From: Octopus bimaculoides
Lineage: Eukaryota
Length of the DNA stretch: 39,388 nucleotides
Direction: 5' to 3'
NCBI RefSeq assembly: GCF_001194135.2
Contig: NC_068983.1
Coordinates: 48,315,505-48,354,892, forward strand
In this document: piece by piece, positions 1 to 12,141 of the stretch
How the letters are laid out: every line of letters begins with the position of its first letter
Numbering within the stretch: the first letter of the stretch is position 1
Position numbers and translations under genes: made by a program
Notes under the pieces: model-generated
Told to the model about the DNA's origin: nothing
Databases searched by the model: none
The model's input: the letters and a program-made list of their open reading frames with translations, nothing else

Positions 1-71
<71 letters not shown>

Positions 72-90
72 GTATATATATGTATATATA
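1..90. repeat. (TG)n followed by (TA)n microsatellite
   Basis: Directly visible dinucleotide runs. Confidence 0.98.
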
Positions 91-1697
91 TGATTTGGTA
101 ATGAGTATTTTCTTGTGCCCTTGAAACTTGCAGCGAAAAACGCCAAGTTGTCAAATCAATTTGTGATGAGAACAATGTATACCGAAACGCACATACATAC
201 ATACATACATAAACATACGCGCACACACATATTTATATATATGTATGCATGCTCACACATCTTTATATGTGAGCCTGCGTGTCTGTATGCTTCCAGTGTG
301 TTATACATTATTATAAGATGGAAAATGGTTGTAAATTGATTTAACCTGTTGCAGTCGTATGTTATCAGAAAGGTTCAAGCAAACAATAAGGAAATCCTCC
401 TTATTATATCCATATTATTCACAGCATAGAGGCCATATGCATTTTCAAACAAAGGCTAACATTAATGTAATTCTTATTCTGATGGCACATCTGTGCGTTA
501 CAAAATAATTAGTACGTTTTCATGCACAGATACGTGTATATACATCCTTGTTAATAATAAATTTCTCTTACGCCATTATATTTTACTCTGCTTTCGTAAG
601 CAAGTTGCCTGCCAACAGGAAACTTATGAATAATATATATGTAGTGAGAAAATGCTTTGTGTACGTCAATTCAATTTTACTTTGAATAAAATGGATGAAA
701 TAACCATATCATTTATTTATTTTAAATTGCGATAAAATTTTAGACAATGAAGATTTAATGATATTTTTGCATAGAGTGAGGCATGTGCTGTGAGAATTAC
801 AAACAAGACATGAGAAAAATCAGCAAATTCACTAAATATAGCCCTGGTTCAATGTACTGACTGTTGCTAGAAAATATCAACTACGAAGCACGTTTCCTTT
901 ACCTTTCAATAAACAATAGTGATTTTTCTGCTATCCCAATAAGTCATAATATCAATAATAAAAACATGACCTGATTCTATTTCCTTTTGATCAGTATTAT
1001 TAAAAGTCAATTCGTTAACTAATAGTTCAATTTATCGTCTTGTCACTCAAGAAATCTGTTAGGGTTTTCAGAGTTCTCGTCTTCATGCGCGACCTCATCA
1101 GTGACATACACTCTCTACGCAAGGATGTTCCAGCTCTATAAAACTGATGGACTGATTGAACGAGTAATCAATCGGACAACAAATTTGTTGATTGATTCAA
1201 TGAACAGAGAATAAAAAAGAAGTAAAATCGAAGCAGTGCGTGTTTTTATTATTTGTTTCAATACACGAGTTCAAATCAAGGATCTTGCAAACCAAGTACA
1301 AAAACCATTTCTTGTTACTCAATGTGCTGTGGCCATGTTTTGGCATCAACCTGGAGGTTTATGGCAGAGCAAATCGACATCCAAACTTATATTTTAAGCC
1401 TGATAATTTTGGTTATGTTTGAAATATATTTTTGGTCGTAAATGAAGGTCTGTTTGCGTTGCAATACTCAAGTTTATATGGGTAGATAGTACCACAGCGT
1501 ACAAGATGTTTTGCACGTCATTTTACTTACCGAGCTCAATTTCTGTAGAAGAATTCAAGCAGTATCTTATTAATATTTTAGGAATGATATTAGTATTCTA
1601 GGAGCACAAGTACCATAGACTCTAATAAAGGAAAATTACTTGGAATTGTTTGTATGCTAAAGCTAATATTTGTTGATGAAAAAATGCAGGAAAGATT

Positions 1698-2983
1698 TAT
1701 TTTGTTCTTCCGAAAATAATGACCGATTTCAGAGACATAATTTTATTCTGGAAAAATTAACAATAAAAAAGTTTTGATTAGTCAAAGTATGAGCCGTGAA
1801 CATCTATGCATCACTGCCATCAATCAATGAGATTATTTATACCTTGTTGATAGAAACCTATTGGCTTTGATACTAAAAAATCTTTGAAAGCTGATTCTAC
1901 CTCTGGTTTGAACCTGAAAGTTTTATCGCTTAAACGTGTTTAAATGCTTTAAAAAATGATAGTCAGTGGACGAAAGATCAGGAGCATATGGAGGATGTGG
2001 TAATGTCTCGTATCCCAAGTCTGTGAGTTTCTGCAGCGTCATTCTTTCAACATGTGGCTTTGCATTATCGTGGGGCAGAACTGCGCCACGCCAATTCACC
2101 GATGAAGGTCCCATTTTTGGCAAGTGGGCATGCACTCCTGCGAGTTGATTGCAGTGAACCTGTCCTATAATGCTCTGATTGGCTTCCAGAAAGCTGTAAT
2201 GGACAACACCAATTACAGACCACCAGACAGTCAGCATAATCTTCTGCTGATGCAACTTTGGCTTTGGAAAATGTTTGTGGATATTCATCACGATCAAGCC
2301 ATTGACCTGATCGTTTGCGGCTATCATAAAGGATCCGGTTTTCGTCACAGATGGCTATTCGGTCGAGAAACGGATCATTGGTGTTTCGCAGAAAGGGCAT
2401 CGAGCACATTTCACAACGCAGAGCCTTTTGATTTTCATTGAGCTCATGCGGTACCCATTTATCGAGATTTTTCAGCTTATCAATCTTCTGTAGATTGCGT
2501 GAGACCGTTGCAATACCGACACCAAGTGCCTGAAACATTTCTCTGACACTTTGACGTGAGTTTTGTTCAACAATTGCTTTCAACTGTTCACTGTCAAGAC
2601 TGCATGACCGTCCTCTACCTTTTTCATCTTCAATAATCTCGTCATCACTACCGAATTTCTGAATCCACCTTCGTACTGTGCGATCACTTGTGGACCCCTC
2701 TTCCCATGCTCTGTTGATATAGGCAGCAGTTCGTGAGGCATTTTATCCAAGCTTGACTCATGCAAGGAAAGTAAGCGTAAGTCCTTGTTTGTCATGTTCA
2801 GAATTAAGGGCGCTTATACTTCAAGAATGTTTTCTGTCTGACATAAGTAGGAAATTATTAAAGAGCATACATCAATTATTAGGTATGTCGAAATTCACTT
2901 AAAATATACTTAAAGTACTATGACAAAATTGCGTTTCAAAACACAACACTTAGAGCAGCCATTATTTTCGGAACAACTTAATA
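1698..2983 (-). mobile_element. Full-length mariner DNA transposon (DD34D, Hsmar1/SETMAR-like), inactivated
   Basis: TIRs TATTTTGTTCTTCCGAAAATAATG (1698-1721) and reverse complement of 2960-2983 TATTAAGTTGTTCCGAAAATAATG match 21/24 with terminal TA. Length 1286 bp is typical of mariner. Encloses the transposase pseudogene. Confidence 0.93.
1778..2795 (-). pseudogene. Mariner transposase, frameshifted over at least four segments
   Basis: ORFs 2580-2795, 2065-2583 and 1923-2348 give WVPHEL, CDEN (D1), HDNAKPH (D2) and YAPDLSSTDY (D3), with 34 residues between D2 and D3. The C-terminus ...GSYFD* ends at 1778 in another frame and contains stops. Confidence 0.92.
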
Positions 2984-3062
2984 CATAGCTACATAAATAT
3001 ACGAATTCCGCAATCATATACAATATGTATATGTACATTAGTGAATATGTGTACTTGTTTTA

Positions 3063-3063
<1 letters not shown>

Positions 3064-3111
<48 letters not shown>
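3064..3111. repeat. (TA)n microsatellite
   Basis: Direct. Confidence 0.97.
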
Positions 3112-3115
<4 letters not shown>

Positions 3116-3914
3116 CATAAATTCATGCACACACATGTTTGTGTATATTGTTGGGGTGTTGTGGGGATGTATGAGTGTCTGTTTGACTCTTTACATCTCT
3201 ATGTAAATACTCACGATATATTTACTACTACGTTTTCTCATTGAAGTCCAAACATGTCCCATGGAGCCTTTTCCCATGATATTAAATGTAAAAGAGATAA
3301 GGAGAGACACTTCCGTTTTCTTAAAATATTATAAATATTTACATTCCAATATCAGAATTGATTGCCATGAAAGACACAAAATATTCTATATAAGATTTTA
3401 ATAGCTACAACACCTTCGATTTAGATATATACAAATACATAATGCATACACACATATATAATATGCATACTTATATCCACACACATATGTACAGGCATGC
3501 ATTAGGTTTTGGAGAACCGGATATGTTATTAGTCAGGAAATACAGATAATATACAATATAGGTTAACATTAGACATTGCAAGAAATTCTTGTACATTAAA
3601 TCTAGTACATATATCGAAGTATATGAACCACTTCCAAAGACAACAGATTAACCCCTTAAGGAATATTCGCAGTAGTTTTTTCTAATTCCTCATCCAAGCT
3701 TTATTAAAAAAAAGTGTATCTAATATATATATATATTGACATATATATGAAGGTGCAAACAGAAACACGCGCGTACCCGCATTCATCCATCTAGACATAC
3801 AGACAGTCCGACAGACACGCATACAGACTGATAAACAGATATACATATAAATATATATCTACATATTTCACACACAGTCTTTCTGTCACTTTAAATCAAA
3901 GTCTTTGTATAATT

Positions 3915-4880
3915 ATATATGGTGGTTATTGCTTCATCTTTCCAGCTAATTTCCGTCTTCCCATGTACACCTATGAACCATCATCAGCTCCAAACGTCCG
4001 TCCATGATCCCTTAGGTGGGTTTTTAAGTCCAGTATTAGATTTGCAAGTTCTTCAGCAAACGTAACAAGCAATAGATGTGCCCTCTATTGTATTTATTGG
4101 GTCAGCTTGTAGGCTGTCTTTCTTATATACCCCCATATGACTTTTAAGATCAGATATTGATTTGCAAATCCTTTTGCACCCCACACGTTTTGTCTCACCT
4201 AGCATTGGCGGGATAGAGCCGCATAAAGTTGGCTTTTTATGTGATTTTAAATGAGTGATGCACCCAGATTTAGAGATGTGTAAATGACCACACACCTCAC
4301 ATTTTCAGCTCACTATATTCTTATTGAACCTTTGCACATTCCAGGAACGCATGAGCCAGCATCACAGAAAGAAATATTTATTTCTTCATTGCTCACATGG
4401 GGCTAAACATACAGAGGACAAACAAGGACAGACAAAGGGATTAAGTCAATTATATTAACCCCAGTGCGTAAATGGTACTTATTTAATTGACCCTAAATGG
4501 ATGAAAGATGAAGTCGACTTCGGCGGAATTTGAACTCAGAACGTAACGGCAGACGAAATACCGCTAAGCATTTCGCGCGACTTGCTAACGATTCTGCCAG
4601 CTCGCAGAATGAAATATTAAGAACAGTGTGGGAAGCAGGATATCCGCTGCTCAATACATTTCTCCTGAATCTGCCTTGCGGAGAAGATCATATCAATCTT
4701 ACCTCTGCCAGATCTAAAGTCACTTTGTGATTCAGGGATTACTGTGGAACAAATGCGCCCCATCAACCTATTGAACAATAATCTAGCAAGAACTTTGCCT
4801 ACAGGTCCCAACAGAGTGATGCTGCAGTAGTGATTGCAGATTCCTTTATCCCCGCTGCCTTTAAACAAGGTCACCAAGAT
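3915..4880 (-). mobile_element. RTE-clade LINE remnant, internally deleted, interrupted by a SINE
   Basis: 4877-4640 encodes VTLFKGSGDKGICNHYCSITLL...PESQSDFRSGRGKIDMIFSARQIQEKCIEQ (start of an RTE RT domain). Removing the SINE and one TSD restores ILLPTLFLIFLSVMLAHAF (RTE QGCVLAPTLFSIFF-like motif). 4301-3990 has three C2H2-like motifs, then a 3' end abutting TATATA near 3915. Confidence 0.85.
4379..4604 (-). mobile_element. tRNA-derived SINE family A, full length, 14-bp TSD
   Basis: Minus strand starts GCGAGCTGGCAGAATCGTTAGC (A-box) and has GAGTTCAAATTCC (B-box). Tail ...AGCCCCATGTGAGCAATGAAGAAATAAAT. Flanks CAGAAAGAAATATT (4365-4378) and CAGAATGAAATATT (4605-4618). Confidence 0.9.
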
Positions 4881-5293
4881 ACCATCTATCTGCGAATATC
4901 CTTGCTACCAAATATCAATCATGATTTATTTATTAAATATAGATGACAATAGAAGTCATGCACGCAACATGTTGTGTAGGTGGATTGAACTTGGGACCTA
5001 TTGGTTGTGAAGTGAACTGCTGTCATCTATACAATGTACAAATTATAGTTTTGTGACAGAATGCAAACTAACAATAGTTTTCCCACTAACCTGACATAAC
5101 GTCTACGTTATCCTGCTATGGCATAGCAAAGTATCAAACACACAAAGCAAAATTCAAAGATCAATGAATGTTATTCTGGCAAATAGCATAAGTGATTAAA
5201 TCTTCGGCCAAAGAAGGCCACTGCCAGATTTGAACTCAGAACCCATGAGAAAGGGAGTCGATGTGCTCGACTAGCTACCTTCAGGATCTCTGC

Positions 5294-5553
5294 CTATAGT
5301 AGAAGAAAACATAAATGCTTCGTAACGACAAAAGAAATATTGACGCCGGCAGGATATGAACTGTGATCGCTACATGAAGCATGATACTGCAAAGTATCAT
5401 ATCCGTGTTCTAATGACTTTCCTACAACAACAAATTTGTTACATGCACTGTCTGAAACGAACGATAAGACAGCCACAACAGGAATGCCTTTGATCGCAGT
5501 TGAGCTAACAAACAAGTGCAACAATGAAGCCTCAAAATAACAACCAATGTTTC
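5294..5553 (-). CDS. Candidate coding exon, unidentified
   Basis: Acceptor TGTCATGTTTACAG|G, then 86 open codons (GNIGCYFEASLLHLF...CFLLL*) with somewhat higher GC than the flanks. No recognisable family; could be a chance ORF. Confidence 0.2.
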
Positions 5554-5644
5554 CTGTAAACATGACACATGTTCTACCGTTGGGCCAATGCATGCATGCA
5601 TGTATGTATGTATTATGTGCACAAGCACACATGCACACACCACA

Positions 5645-5688
<44 letters not shown>

Positions 5689-5855
5689 NNNNNNNNNNNN
5701 NNNNNNNNNNNNNNNNNNNNNNNNNNNNNNNNNNNNNNNNNNNNNNNNNNNNNNNNNNNNNNNNNNNNNNNNNNNNNNNNNNNNNNNNNNNNNNNNNNNN
5801 NNNNNNNNNNNNNNNNNNNNNNNNNNNNNNNNNNNNNNNNNNNNNNNNNNNNNTT

Positions 5856-5919
<64 letters not shown>

Positions 5920-7101
5920 TATTTTGTTTTACGCTCAATAATTTTCTTATCCCAAACCTCTTCAAGAACGGGTACTGGTTTCACCTTCATTTAATGCCAG
6001 ATCTCTTCTCACCACCAAGTTCCTGAGTGGGAATATCAGAAGAGTTTGTAGCTGTGAATTCACGGAGATGTCGGACTGAGAGAAATTTCCTTTGATGTGC
6101 AGCAATCTGTTTGGATGTTATGGCAACATAAGTTATTATATTTATGTAAGCCAGTTTTTTTCTCTCTTTTACATATTTTGCTATTTAATTTCCGCAATTT
6201 TATTTTCCTTCCTAGTTGCTTTTTATCTAAAATATAAAACACAAAATATATAAAACAATCCCTTCTGTCTTTCATCACACATTTAATATTTCCTCTCTTT
6301 CACTCACTAACGTTTCAAACGGTACTCTCTATTATATTTTCTAAACAATAATATCCCACTGGCTTTGTTTCCTTTTTTGCATGGTATATATTTTATTGTT
6401 TGAAGATAGATGTGCTTTCCTTCGTTCTAAATTTCCCGCATACTTAGCTTTCTTTGTGCTTTTATTATCCTGTATTTTATCACAATGCTTCGGTATTCCT
6501 TCTCTATTCTGCCGTTAAAAAATATCATTTCCTCTATCTCTTCTTTTATCCTCTATATGTGGTATGATTGTCATGCAGTAGGTCAGTTTTGGTTAAAAGT
6601 AAAATCCTGCCAACTTGGTCTGAGATAAGTTCGGAAACGGGAGATTTGGAGGAAAAATAAAAATTAAAAATATCGTAAGGAACATAGTAAGCGAAAGAAA
6701 TAGCCTGGAACTGAAAAGGTACGAATGAGACAATGCGCAAAGGATATAGCGTAATGTCACAGAATCAATACTTATAAATAAACTAAATCTTTGGACGACA
6801 GATCACTAGATTTACTCAACGCTAAAGAACATCTGAAGTATATTAAAATGAACGTCGTACATATTCGGAGGGTGTCCTGCACATCGACAAAAAAAAAAAA
6901 GAAGAAAGAAAGAAAGAAAGAAAAAAATAAAGAAAAAAGAGAAAACTTTTTGTCTGACAACTGGACTGGCAAAAATATAACTTATAGAAGAGACATAAAT
7001 CAATAATAGAATGGAAATGTTTTCTTAATGAAGAGGTAATAAATTATGTATGAAGTTTATACTTACATTCATACATTTCATTCATACAAGCCTACCTACC
7101 T

Positions 7102-7154
<53 letters not shown>

Positions 7155-8146
7155 NNNNNNNNNNNNNNNNNNNNNNNNNNNNNNNNNNNNNNNNNNNNNN
7201 NNNNNNNNNNNNNNNNNNNNNNNNNNNNNNNNNNNNNNNNNNNNNNNNNNNNNNNNNNNNNNNNNNNNNNNNNNNNNNNNNNNNNNNNNNNNNNNNNNNN
7301 NNNNNNNNNNNNNNNNNNNNNNNNNNNNNNNNNNNNNNNNNNNNNNNNNNNNNNNNNNNNNNNNNNNNNNNNNNNNNNNNNNNNNNNNNNNNNNNNNNNN
7401 NNNNNNNNNNNNNNNNNNNNNNNNNNNNNNNNNNNNNNNNNNNNNNNNNNNNNNNNNNNNNNNNNNNNNNNNNNNNNNNNNNNNNNNNNNNNNNNNNNNN
7501 NNNNNNNNNNNNNNNNNNNNNNNNNNNNNNNNNNNNNNNNNNNNNNNNNNNNNNNNNNNNNNNNNNNNNNNNNNNNNNNNNNNNNNNNNNNNNNNNNNNN
7601 NNNNNNNNNNNNNNNNNNNNNNTATATATATATATATATATATGCATAAATGTATGTATGTGTGTATTTATGTATGCATGCACCTATGTGTATAATAAAC
7701 ATAATTGCATCATAGAATCAAAACCAGTAATCTTCATATGATGCATAATACATATCTATTTCATAAATTAATCGCTTAACTTCATTAGATATCGCTACTC
7801 GATATGACTAATATCAGAATATAGTCAGATAATGATAACGTTAAACTGGAAAAAAATGAAAGGAATGCAAATAGGTTCTTGCTCTGAGACATGGGGACAT
7901 ATTTAAAAAGGGGTGGAATTATAGCGATAGAATCGCTACTCAATATGATACTGATATTAATGTCATCGGAAACAGTGATGATGAGCAGTAAAGTCGAAAT
8001 CTGATTTTATACGTAAAACGTAACTAAATGACGCGAAGTATTCTGTCTGTCTGACGCTGATAGTTTCGATGACCGGATTCTGCTTCATATTAGTTTCAAA
8101 CATAGGTATTGGGTTACAAATGTAATTTAACGAAAATTATAATATA

Positions 8147-8272
8147 TTCTTTTATACTTTTATATGTTTCAGTCATTTGACTGCAGCTATGCTGGAACAC
8201 CGCTTTTAATCGAACAAATTGACTTATTCTTTGTAAGCCTAGTACTTATTCTATCTCTCTCTTTTGCCGAAC
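8147..8272 (-). mobile_element. SINE family B 3' fragment
   Basis: GTTTCAGTCATTTGACTGCAGCTATGCTGGAACACCGC...AAGCCTAGTACTTATTCTAT matches the reverse complement of family B tails at 10650-10783 and 37574-37675. Confidence 0.85.
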
Positions 8273-9391
8273 TTCGAGTCATTCCTTTGCAAGTGTATGT
8301 TTTTACCATCTTATCTAGGGTATCTACTCCTCCTTTTTTTTCGTTGTAACATGTAATAACTTCAGGTTTCTTTTCAGCCCTTTTTGAATCCATTGAAGAC
8401 TGTGAGTGCATTGTAGTCATAACTGTGACTACATCTTTCTTGGGACAAAAAGATAGGATCATAGAATCCTTTTGAAGTCCAAATATTGTGCTGTTGATTT
8501 CTCTTTCTTTTCCATTTGTGAAAGGATTTGGAAGTTCAACTCTGTTCTATCTAATTGCTCCAACTAAAGTAGTTTTCTTGCTAAGCAGCTTTCGAGCCAA
8601 TGCTAGACTTATTTCCCTGCTTTTGAAGGAATATATACCCGGAATGGACAGCGCCCTTTGAATGAAACTAATTGTTCATCAATTGTTCTGCATGAACTTG
8701 GAACATATCCATCTTGCAAATTCTGATTCCAAATTTCAGATACTTCTCTTATGGGCTCCAATTTATCATCACTTTTCTTTTTCTTCTTGCACCCAAATCA
8801 TTAAAAAGCGCAATACTTGTAAAATCTTGCCCGGATCATAATTATGTTGAATATTGGGCGGCCATCTTCTTGACTCCAGAACTGTGTGACATTTTCATGT
8901 ATAGATTTATAAACACCTATAAGAATAATCAGTCCAATAAATTTCTTTATCAGAGTGATCTATTTCCTCCCATTTATCTTTGCAAACAAACTGGCCTTCA
9001 ACATTTGTCCATTTGCGAATTACTTCAAGAAGATTCTGGTGCATTAAGATAGTAAAACATGTTTCAATGCTATCGCAAGACCATTTATCAAAACGGTATG
9101 ATTCACATTCTTGGCGGACAACACTGCAAGATAAAGTTCTTACTGCTGCTTGAGTAAGAGAATTAAAATGCCATACTTCTTGTCTGTCTCTAGAAATATA
9201 TTACTCATTCATAATTGGGTGGCTTGCAGATAATTTTTTGAGTATCTTCATCATCTGTCCAGCACACAATCACTTTCAGCATCATCTTCAGAGCAATAGA
9301 AGGAATCACTGATATATTGTTTCCATTCTTCATCCAATTCCAATTACCTTTTCGATATTTGGCCTTCACTCAAGTTTTCGCGTCTAGGCAT
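8273..9391 (-). pseudogene. piggyBac (PGBD4-like) transposase pseudogene
   Basis: Starts MPRRENLSE at 9391. Contains TIDEQLVSFKGRCPFRVYIPSKAGK* and KKPEVITCYNEKKGGVDTLDKMVKTYTCK. Several stops; the DNFFTS segment is deleted. Confidence 0.88.
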
Positions 9392-9947
9392 ATTGGAATG
9401 CACAACAGAACTATATGAAACTTGATAGCAGACTAAAAGCAAATATTGTTCTCTCACATATCTATACTCTTCAGAAAAATTATGCAATAATTTGTAAGAA
9501 TTGCTTCATCAATTAGAAATATTGCATTACCCTACAACCTAGAAGATTGAAGGTGATGCAATACTACACAAATTTACAGGAATATTTTCATAATTTTTCC
9601 TATTTTCTCTAAAATTCAGCAAATAAATTGAATACGATTTTATCTATTTTATATCTGATAAAATAATAATAAGAAAATAATACTTGATATTGTTTTTATT
9701 GTTTAGAATGACAAAAGTATCGTCTGAATTTAATTCGCGGGTCCAATGGACCCATACGGTAATTAATGTATAAAGTGAAATTTTCTAGCTTTTATAAAAA
9801 TACGTAAAATTTCCCATTTGACAAATAAAAGAGACTAAAAATAAGAGTCACGAGAAATCAGCAGAATCAAATAATATGTACAGTAGGAAAAAGAAACTGA
9901 AACAACTCAAATGGGTCCATTGGACCCATTAGTAGACAGAAGGTTAA
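8273..9947 (-). mobile_element. piggyBac transposon, one end only, degenerate
   Basis: Minus strand begins TTAA|CCTTCTGTCTACTAATGGGTCCAATGGACCC (TTAA at 9944-9947), with an inverted subterminal copy GGGTCCAATGGACCC at 9739-9753. Transposase remnants follow. The other end is absent; a SINE abuts at 8272. Confidence 0.88.
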
Positions 9948-10397
9948 ATATAATCTAACCGCTGTTCCTGATTTAAATATTAATAAGAACTAGTGTAATA
10001 TTATCTCCCACACCACGCCATGGATATTTTTTTTTGGTAATTGTAAGGACGGTTTAACTCCAAGTTTATTTTATTGCCGATTAGTTTTTCCTGTTATTTT
10101 CACGAATTCAAAATTTTCTTAAAACATTAACACAATTTGTCAGGTTAAATGTCAGGTTAAAAAGCGGGAAGCGACTCTCATAGATAGAGTGATACATACT
10201 GTAATTAACCCTTGTCTTCGGTAATATATTATCACCTCCCTTATTAATTTGAAGTTTAAGGAACTAGATTGTGACAACTCTCAAGTTGAAGAATGCATAT
10301 AAGGAATCCCTTTGCTTGGGAAACTAATGAATTCAATTGGTTTGGCATTATCCGTTAGTGTCTCAATATCCTTCCCTGAATTAAGCACTTTATACAT

Positions 10398-10783
10398 ATA
10401 GTGTGGCTGTGTGGTAAGATGCTTGTTCCCAACGAAATGGTCCGGAGTTCAGTTCCAGTAGGTGGCACTTAGGGCAAGTGTCTTTTATCGTAGCCTCGGG
10501 ACGGCCAAAACATTTTGAGTGGATTTGGTACACGGAAACTGGAAGAAGCCAGTCGTATATATACATATGTATATATTTGTGTATTTGTGTTTGTGTCTCT
10601 CCTTCCACCATCATTTGACAATCGATCTTGGTGCTTTTACGCCCTCGTAATTTAGCACTTCGGCAAAAGAGACCAGGCTTACAAAGAAAAAGTCCAGGGG
10701 TCGATATCTCTGACTAAAAGGCGGTGCTTCAGCATGGATGGTCGCAGTCAAAATGACTGAAAAAAGTAAAAGAATAAAAGAAT
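10398..10783 (+). mobile_element. tRNA-derived SINE family B, full length (CORE-like segment, internal TA/TG microsatellite)
   Basis: A-box TGGCTGTGTGGT, B-box GGAGTTCAGTTCC, then GGCACTTAGGGCAAGTGTC, an internal microsatellite and tail GACTGAAAAAAGTAAAAGAATAAAAGAAT. Other copies in the window share these segments. Confidence 0.88.
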
Positions 10784-11286
10784 CCTTTCATTGAAATTTC
10801 AGATTAAACTAGAGCTTTGACGACATAGCTCCTAAGAATGCTCAATTGTATATTACCTGAAGAAATGTAGTTTTATCAAAAATCTATCTTATATAACGTT
10901 GTATAATGTTTTATAATGATACGTGCCAAATTACATAATATTTCTACGTTCTAAATAAAATATTTCTTCGGAAACGTATGTTGTAATACCCGAAACAACC
11001 ATTTGTTTTATCTTTATTACTATGTCTATATAACTTACACAGATAAGAGAATAAACATACACGCACCTAGCACACACCGTCATCGTACGTCTCACCACAT
11101 GCACTTCACACATGCTTACGAGGGTGCGCAAACACATGCGATATTCCTTCTGCATTATAAGTGACTAACTAAATACATTACCGGTTGTTTTAGAAAAATA
11201 ATTTTAAACTAAATAAAAATAGCTCAATAGATAAATTCTTGTATATATGATTATATGTGTGTCAGGATTTGTATGTTCTGCACGGC

Positions 11287-11317
<31 letters not shown>

Positions 11318-11914
11318 NNNNNNNNNNNNNNNNNNNNNNNNNNNNNNNNNNNNNNNNNNNNNNNNNNNNNNNNNNNNNNNNNNNNNNNNNNNNNNNNNNN
11401 NNNNNNNNNNNNNNNNNNNNNNNNNNNNNNNNNNNNNNNNNNNNNNNNNNNNNNNNNNNNNNNNNNNNNNNNNNNNNNNNNNNNNNNNNNNNNNNNNNNN
11501 NNNNNNNNNNNNNNNNNNNNNNNNNNNNNNNNNNNNNNNNNNNNNNNNNNNNNNNNNNNNNNNNNNNNNNNNNNNNNNNNNNNNNNNNNNNNNNNNNNNN
11601 NNNNNNNNNNNNNNNNNNNNNNNNNNNNNNNNNNNNNNNNNNNNNNNNNNNNNNNNNNNNNNNNNNNNNNNNNNNNNNNNNNNNNNNNNNNNNNNNNNNN
11701 NNNNNNNNNNNNNNNNNNNNNNNNNNNNNNNNNNNNNNNNNNNNNNNNNNNNNNNNNNNNNNNNNNNNNNNNNNNNNNNNNNNNNNNNNNNNNNNNNNNN
11801 NNNNNNNNNNNNNNNNNNNNNNNNNNNNNNNNNNNNGATGAAGAAACACTGTCAAGGCTGGGAAAATTGTTTGGAAGCACGTTTAAAATAATTCATTGTC
11901 ATAATCGAAAACTT

Positions 11915-12141
11915 GACTTTTATTCTTTTACCTGATTCGGTCATTTTGACTGCGGATATGCTGGAGCACCGACTTTAGTCGCACAAATCGACTCCAGGAC
12001 TTATTCTTTTGTAAGCTTCGTACTTATTCTATCGGTCTATTTTGCCGACCCGCTAAGTTACAGAGACGTAAATACACCAAAATCGGTTCTCAAGCGATGG
12101 TGGGATGGAGTGACAAACACAAATACACAAATATATATATA
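11915..12141 (-). mobile_element. SINE family B 3' half
   Basis: GTCATTTTGACTGCGGATATGCTGGAGCACCGAC...TCAAGCGATGGTG, ending in the internal TA repeat where a DNA transposon begins. Confidence 0.85.

Noticed and set aside
1070-1400. Possible plus-strand exons (RVLVFMRDLISDIHSLRK...; IKDLANQVQKPFL...)
   Set aside because: Short, no homology recognised and no consistent donor sites.
5960-6770. Minus-strand open stretches (IAAHQRKFLSVRHL...; LFLSLTMFLTIFLIF...)
   Set aside because: No recognisable family, ambiguous frame and splice sites, and lengths expected by chance.
5547-7741. Long ORFs made of YIYI/HTHT/CVCV and X runs (also near 11250, 16230, 17130, 32540, 35210)
   Set aside because: They are translations of dinucleotide microsatellites and N gaps.
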